64,000 nt of DNA from Nitrospirota bacterium (GTDB lineage: Bacteria; Nitrospirota; UBA9217): the NCBI GenBank assembly GCA_963751455.1, contig CAVVUN010000001.1:160001-224000 (forward strand), given 5' to 3'. Of the stretch, positions 60,025-64,000 are shown piece after piece. The notes beneath the pieces are model-generated. The model did no database searches. It was not told where the DNA came from and was given only the letters and a program-made list of their open reading frames with translations. The number at the start of each line of letters is the position of its first letter. Position 1 is the stretch's first letter. The translations under genes were made by a program, and so were the position numbers.

Positions 60025-61494
60025 TTAAAATCCGTATTCCCTCCATCTTTCTTCAACTTTTTTCTGCATCTGTTCGGCCATCTTTATCTCATCCGGCCAC
60101 GGGCGGCTGAAGCCTTCTCCCGGCCCTTTTCGGGTTGCATCGATGCCCATCTTGCCGCCGAACCCGATGTGCGGGCATGAGTGGTCTAGTATATCGAGCG
60201 GCCCGTCCGTGATCACGACGTCGCGCTGAGGATCAACATGGTTCATGACCTTCCACGTCACTTCTGAATAGTCATGAATGTTGACGTCCTCATCGCATAC
60301 GATGACGAACTTCGACAACATCAGCATGCCGGTGCCCCAGATCGTATGGATGGCCTTTTTCCCGTGACCGGGATACCGCTTTTTGATCTTGACGATAACA
60401 TTGTTATGAAAGACGCCCTCGACCGGCATATCCATATCCAGGATGTCAGGCGCAACCATCTGAAGAAGCGGCAGAAAGATTCGCTCGGTGGCCTTGCCGA
60501 GATATGCGTCCTCCTGCGGCGGCCGCCCGACGAGGGTAGCCGGATAGAGAGCATCCTTGCGGTGAGTAATGGCTGTGATATGGAAAACGGGGTATTCGTC
60601 CGCTTGCGAGTAGAAGCCCGTATGGTCTCCAAACGGGCCTTCGGTCCTTCGCTCACCGGGGTCGACATAGCCTTCGAGCACAAACTCGGCTTCGGCCGGA
60701 ACCCGGACGTCGACAGTCTTGCACTGAACGACCTCGAGCGGCCGTTTTCTGAGAAATCCAGCGAATACAAATTCGCCTATTGCGGGCGGAAGAGGCGCCG
60801 TGGACGCATAGATAATCGACGGATCGCCGCCGATTGCCACCGCCATTTCCATTCGTTTGCCTGCCGCTTCATAATGCCGGTAGTGCCTCGCCCCATCCTT
60901 ATGCTTATGCCAATGCATTCCGGTTGTCCGGGCGTCGAAAACCTGCATCCGGTACATGCCCACATTGGTTATCCTCGTGTCGGGATCCACGGTGCAGACC
61001 ATTGGGAGCGTGATGAAGCGGCCTCCATCGCCCGGCCAGCATTTGAGGACCGGTATTTTTGACAGGTCTGCCTGTTCTCCGTTGAGCACCACTTCCTGGC
61101 AGGGCGCTTTTTTCACGGTTTTCGGAAAAAAGTTTGAAAGCTCTGCCAGCTTCGGCAGCATCTGGAGTTTGTCCATGAGTCCCGCACCGGGACCCGGGAA
61201 GAGGTTCACGGGATCGATGATCGCCCTGATCCTCTCCGCTATGTCATCCAGACTTTCCACTTCAAGCGCCAGACAGATACGATTCTGCGAGCCGAACGCG
61301 TTGGTGAGGACCGGAAAGCGAGATCCCTTCACGCGTTCAAACAGGAGCGCCTTGTTCTCGGCGCCTTTCCGTTTCGAAACCCGGTCCGTGATTTCGGCGA
61401 TCTCGAGCTCAGCATCGACCTCCGTCCTGATCCTGACCAGTTCGTTGTTTTTTTCAAGCAGGGCGATAAAATCCCTTATATTTTCAAATGGCAT
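60025..61494 (-). CDS. UbiD-family decarboxylase (menaquinone biosynthesis type)
   Basis: NVGMYRMQ, EGPFGDHTGFY, GKMGIDAT. Confidence 0.92.
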   Translation of the reverse strand: MPFENIRDFIALLEKNNELVRIRTEVDAELEIAEITDRVSKRKGAENKALLFERVKGSRFPVLTNAFGSQNRICLALEVESLDDIAERIRAIIDPVNLFPGPGAGLMDKLQMLPKLAELSNFFPKTVKKAPCQEVVLNGEQADLSKIPVLKCWPGDGGRFITLPMVCTVDPDTRITNVGMYRMQVFDARTTGMHWHKHKDGARHYRHYEAAGKRMEMAVAIGGDPSIIYASTAPLPPAIGEFVFAGFLRKRPLEVVQCKTVDVRVPAEAEFVLEGYVDPGERRTEGPFGDHTGFYSQADEYPVFHITAITHRKDALYPATLVGRPPQEDAYLGKATERIFLPLLQMVAPDILDMDMPVEGVFHNNVIVKIKKRYPGHGKKAIHTIWGTGMLMLSKFVIVCDEDVNIHDYSEVTWKVMNHVDPQRDVVITDGPLDILDHSCPHIGFGGKMGIDATRKGPGEGFSRPWPDEIKMAEQMQKKVEERWREYGF

Positions 61495-61504
61495 AGGAAA
61501 TAAA

Positions 61505-61533
61505 TTGTAGCGGAATCAAGCCTGATTTGCAAT
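61505..61533 (-). promoter_or_regulatory. Putative sigma70 promoter of the ubiD-family gene
   Basis: TTGCAA-17bp-TACAAT. Confidence 0.5.
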
Positions 61534-61601
61534 GAAAAAACATTGACTGCAGCACCCTGGTCGATAAAGAGGGCAAGCAAGGCGTAAACCGAAAGGACAC
61601 A

Positions 61602-62964
61602 TCAAGAATTGTATTTGTGCAGACGGTGCCGGAACGACCGGAACGACAACCTGAGAAGCTTGGCAGCCTCCGTCTTCACGCCGCCTGTTTTGTCGAGGGC
61701 CTTCTGAAGCAGCGCTTTCTCCGCCTTTTCCAGCAAGCCCTCCAGATCGAGACCCTGATCGGGTATCTCGGCCGGAATCAATTCAGGGCACGGCTCGTCC
61801 CTTTTCAGAGAATCGGGTATATGGTCTGCGCTGATAATCTGCTCCGACGAGAGAATGGCCAGCCGTTCTACCGTATTTTCCAGTTCTCGCACATTGCCGG
61901 GCCATCGATAGGCTATAAGCAGTTTAAGGGTTTCCGGAGATAACTTCTTCGGCTCCACCCCTTTCCCCGCAAACTTACGGAGAAAATAATCCACCAGCGC
62001 GGGGATGTCGTCCTTCCGCTCCCGAAGCGGCGGCAGATGAATGGGAATGACATTCAGCCGGTAAAATAGGTCTTCACGGAACGTGCCCTTTGAAACCTCC
62101 GACTGCAAATTGCGATTGCTTGCGGCAATCACCCGCGTGTCCACTTTAATATCCGTAGTTCCTCCAACCCGCATGAACTCCCGCTCCTGGAGAACGCGCA
62201 AGAGCTTCATCTGAAGCGCCGGAGTAGTAGCGCTGATCTCGTCAAGAAACATGGTGCCGCTGTTCGCAGCTTCAAAAAGACCCTGCTTGTTCGCGTTCGC
62301 TCCGGTGAAAGCGCCCTTCATGTAACCGAAGAGTTCGCTTTCGAGCAATGTTTCAGGAAGCGCTGCGCAGTTGACCGTCACAAAGGGCTTGTCTCTTCTC
62401 GAGCTGCTGAAGTGGACCGCTCGCGCAACCAGTTCCTTGCCTGTTCCGCTTTCTCCGGTAACGAGTACCGTGCTCCTCGTGTCCGCCACCTGCCGTATCA
62501 GCGAGAATAACCGCAGCATGGAAGCGCTTTTCCCGATAAAATTTTCGAAGCCTGCCCTGGTTTCCATCTCCCGCTTAAGCAGGATGTTCTCTTTTCTCAG
62601 GTGTCGTTTTTCGAGTGCTTTTTCGATGATCAGTTTTATTTCATCGACTTTAAACGGCTTTGGTTATATAATCGTAGGCGCCCAGTTTCATGGCTTCTAC
62701 AGCCGTTTCAGCAGTCGCATACGCGGTAATCATGATTACGACCGTCTCTGGTGAAACCTCCTTTACGCTTTTCAGCACGCCGATCCCGTCGACTCCCGGC
62801 ATTTTTACATCAGTAATAACGAGATCGAAAATCTCGCTCTGAACTGCTTTAAGCGCGTTATCGCCGTTTTGGGCCGCCACAACGTCATACCCGTCTTTTT
62901 TAAGCATGATCGAAAGAAAATCGCGCATGCTTTGTTCATCGTCTACCAGCAGTATTCTGTTCAT
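61602..62964 (-). CDS. pilR: Sigma54-dependent response regulator, PilR-like (frameshift near 62655)
   Basis: ILLVDDE receiver; GESGTGKE, GAFTGA, WPGNVREL, Fis HTH; split over two ORFs. Confidence 0.8.
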
Positions 62965-62971
62965 AGTTTTA

Positions 62972-64000
62972 TTATAAAGAGGCGAATCTGTTTTTGGTCC
63001 GTTCATCAGCAATACGATTATAGTGCTCGTCCTCGACAATCGGAATGCGTATTATAAATTTCGCATTCTTTCCTTTATCTGTTTCAACCGTAATGGTGCC
63101 GCCATGGTCCTCGATAATCCGGTACACAATGGCGAGTCCCAGGCCTGTTCCGCCGAGTTTCGTCGTAAAAAACGGATCGAATATTTTTTCAAGGTGCTCA
63201 TCCGCAATGCCGTGGCCGGTATCGCTGAATACGATTTCACACCACACGTTTCCGTTTTCTTCAAAAGTAAGGGCCACGTATCGTTATCGTCCCGCCGTTC
63301 GGCATTGCCTGGCATGCATTGATCAGTAAATTCCAGAAAACCTGACGAAAACGCTGGGCGTCACCGCGTATGGCTATTCCGGGTTCGATGTCGCATGTGA
63401 TTTGGATACCGTCGGTGAATTCTCTGCTGTTCCTCATGAGCATAATCGTTTCATCAAGAACTGACGAAAGAACAACAGGTTCGCTCTGAGGAGATTTCGG
63501 TCTCGCATATTCAAGAAACTCCGTAATAATGGTGTTTAAACGGTCCGCTTCACGCACCACAATGTCCATCAAATGTTTGTTGTCGCCGTCCAGGTTCAGT
63601 TCCCCTTGAAGGACCTGGATCGATCCGCTCAGTGAGGCAAGTGGATTTCTTATTTCATGCGCGATGCCGGCGGCAAGACTTCCGACCGTCGCAAGGCGCT
63701 CCTGTCTCCTGAACTGTTCCTCCATTTTCACCATCTTCGTAATGTCCTGAAATATGAGGATAACTCCTCTTACACTCTGGTGTTCGTCTCTCAGAAGCGA
63801 AGCCACCATTCCGAGCAGCGCGGCATCTCCGTCCTTTTTTACAATCTCACCTTCAAACCGGAACGGCCGTTCCTTCAGATCGTCGGTATGGCCGAACAAT
63901 CCCTTGATAGTGTCACCGAAAACTTCCTGCAGACGATTCCTGATCTCCTCGTATGTATAGCCGGTGATAGTTTCTGCGGCACGGTTCCATGAAGTAATAT
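62972..64000 (-). CDS. pilS: PAS sensor histidine kinase, PilS-like (5' end off window; frameshift near 63275)
   Basis: AHEIRNPLAS, WNLLINA, DTGHGI, DPFFTTK, GTGLGL. Confidence 0.78.

Overview
Bacterial chromosomal window of about 53-55% GC (estimated by eye). Gene order and content suggest a Gram-negative Nitrospirota/Desulfobacterota-like organism (inference). Two housekeeping blocks flank an accessory region. Left block (1-20.7 kb): lpxD-skp-bamA-hemW-argA, clpC, and pnp-rpsO-truB-nrnA-rbfA-DUF503-infB-ylxR/L7Ae-nusA-rimP. Right block (47-64 kb): hemB-hesB-cobA/hemD-hemC-hemA-ccsA, lolD/lolCE, lysS, purC, hlyC/corC, ubiD, pilR/pilS-like. The accessory region (about 20.8-46.9 kb) holds two paralogous Gly/Thr-repeat secreted proteins, a DUF1847 gene broken by an inversion, a 902-bp tandem duplication of a RAYT-like HUH transposase bounded by 17-bp inverted repeats, an IS1380-family element, a degraded RHS/YD locus, Ig-like and beta-helix surface proteins, signalling genes and two MITE-like elements with target-site duplications. 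The most notable observation is an RHS protein with TPR, an intact C39 peptidase domain and, right after it, a canonical double-glycine leader motif (LSINQMEGIRGG) ahead of the DUF6531/YD region. This suggests a self-processing RHS system, although this copy is truncated by IS1380. Palindromes with 7- or 9-bp periodic arms recur in intergenic spacers. Several core genes carry frameshifts, probably sequencing indels. No tRNA, rRNA or CRISPR array was recognised.
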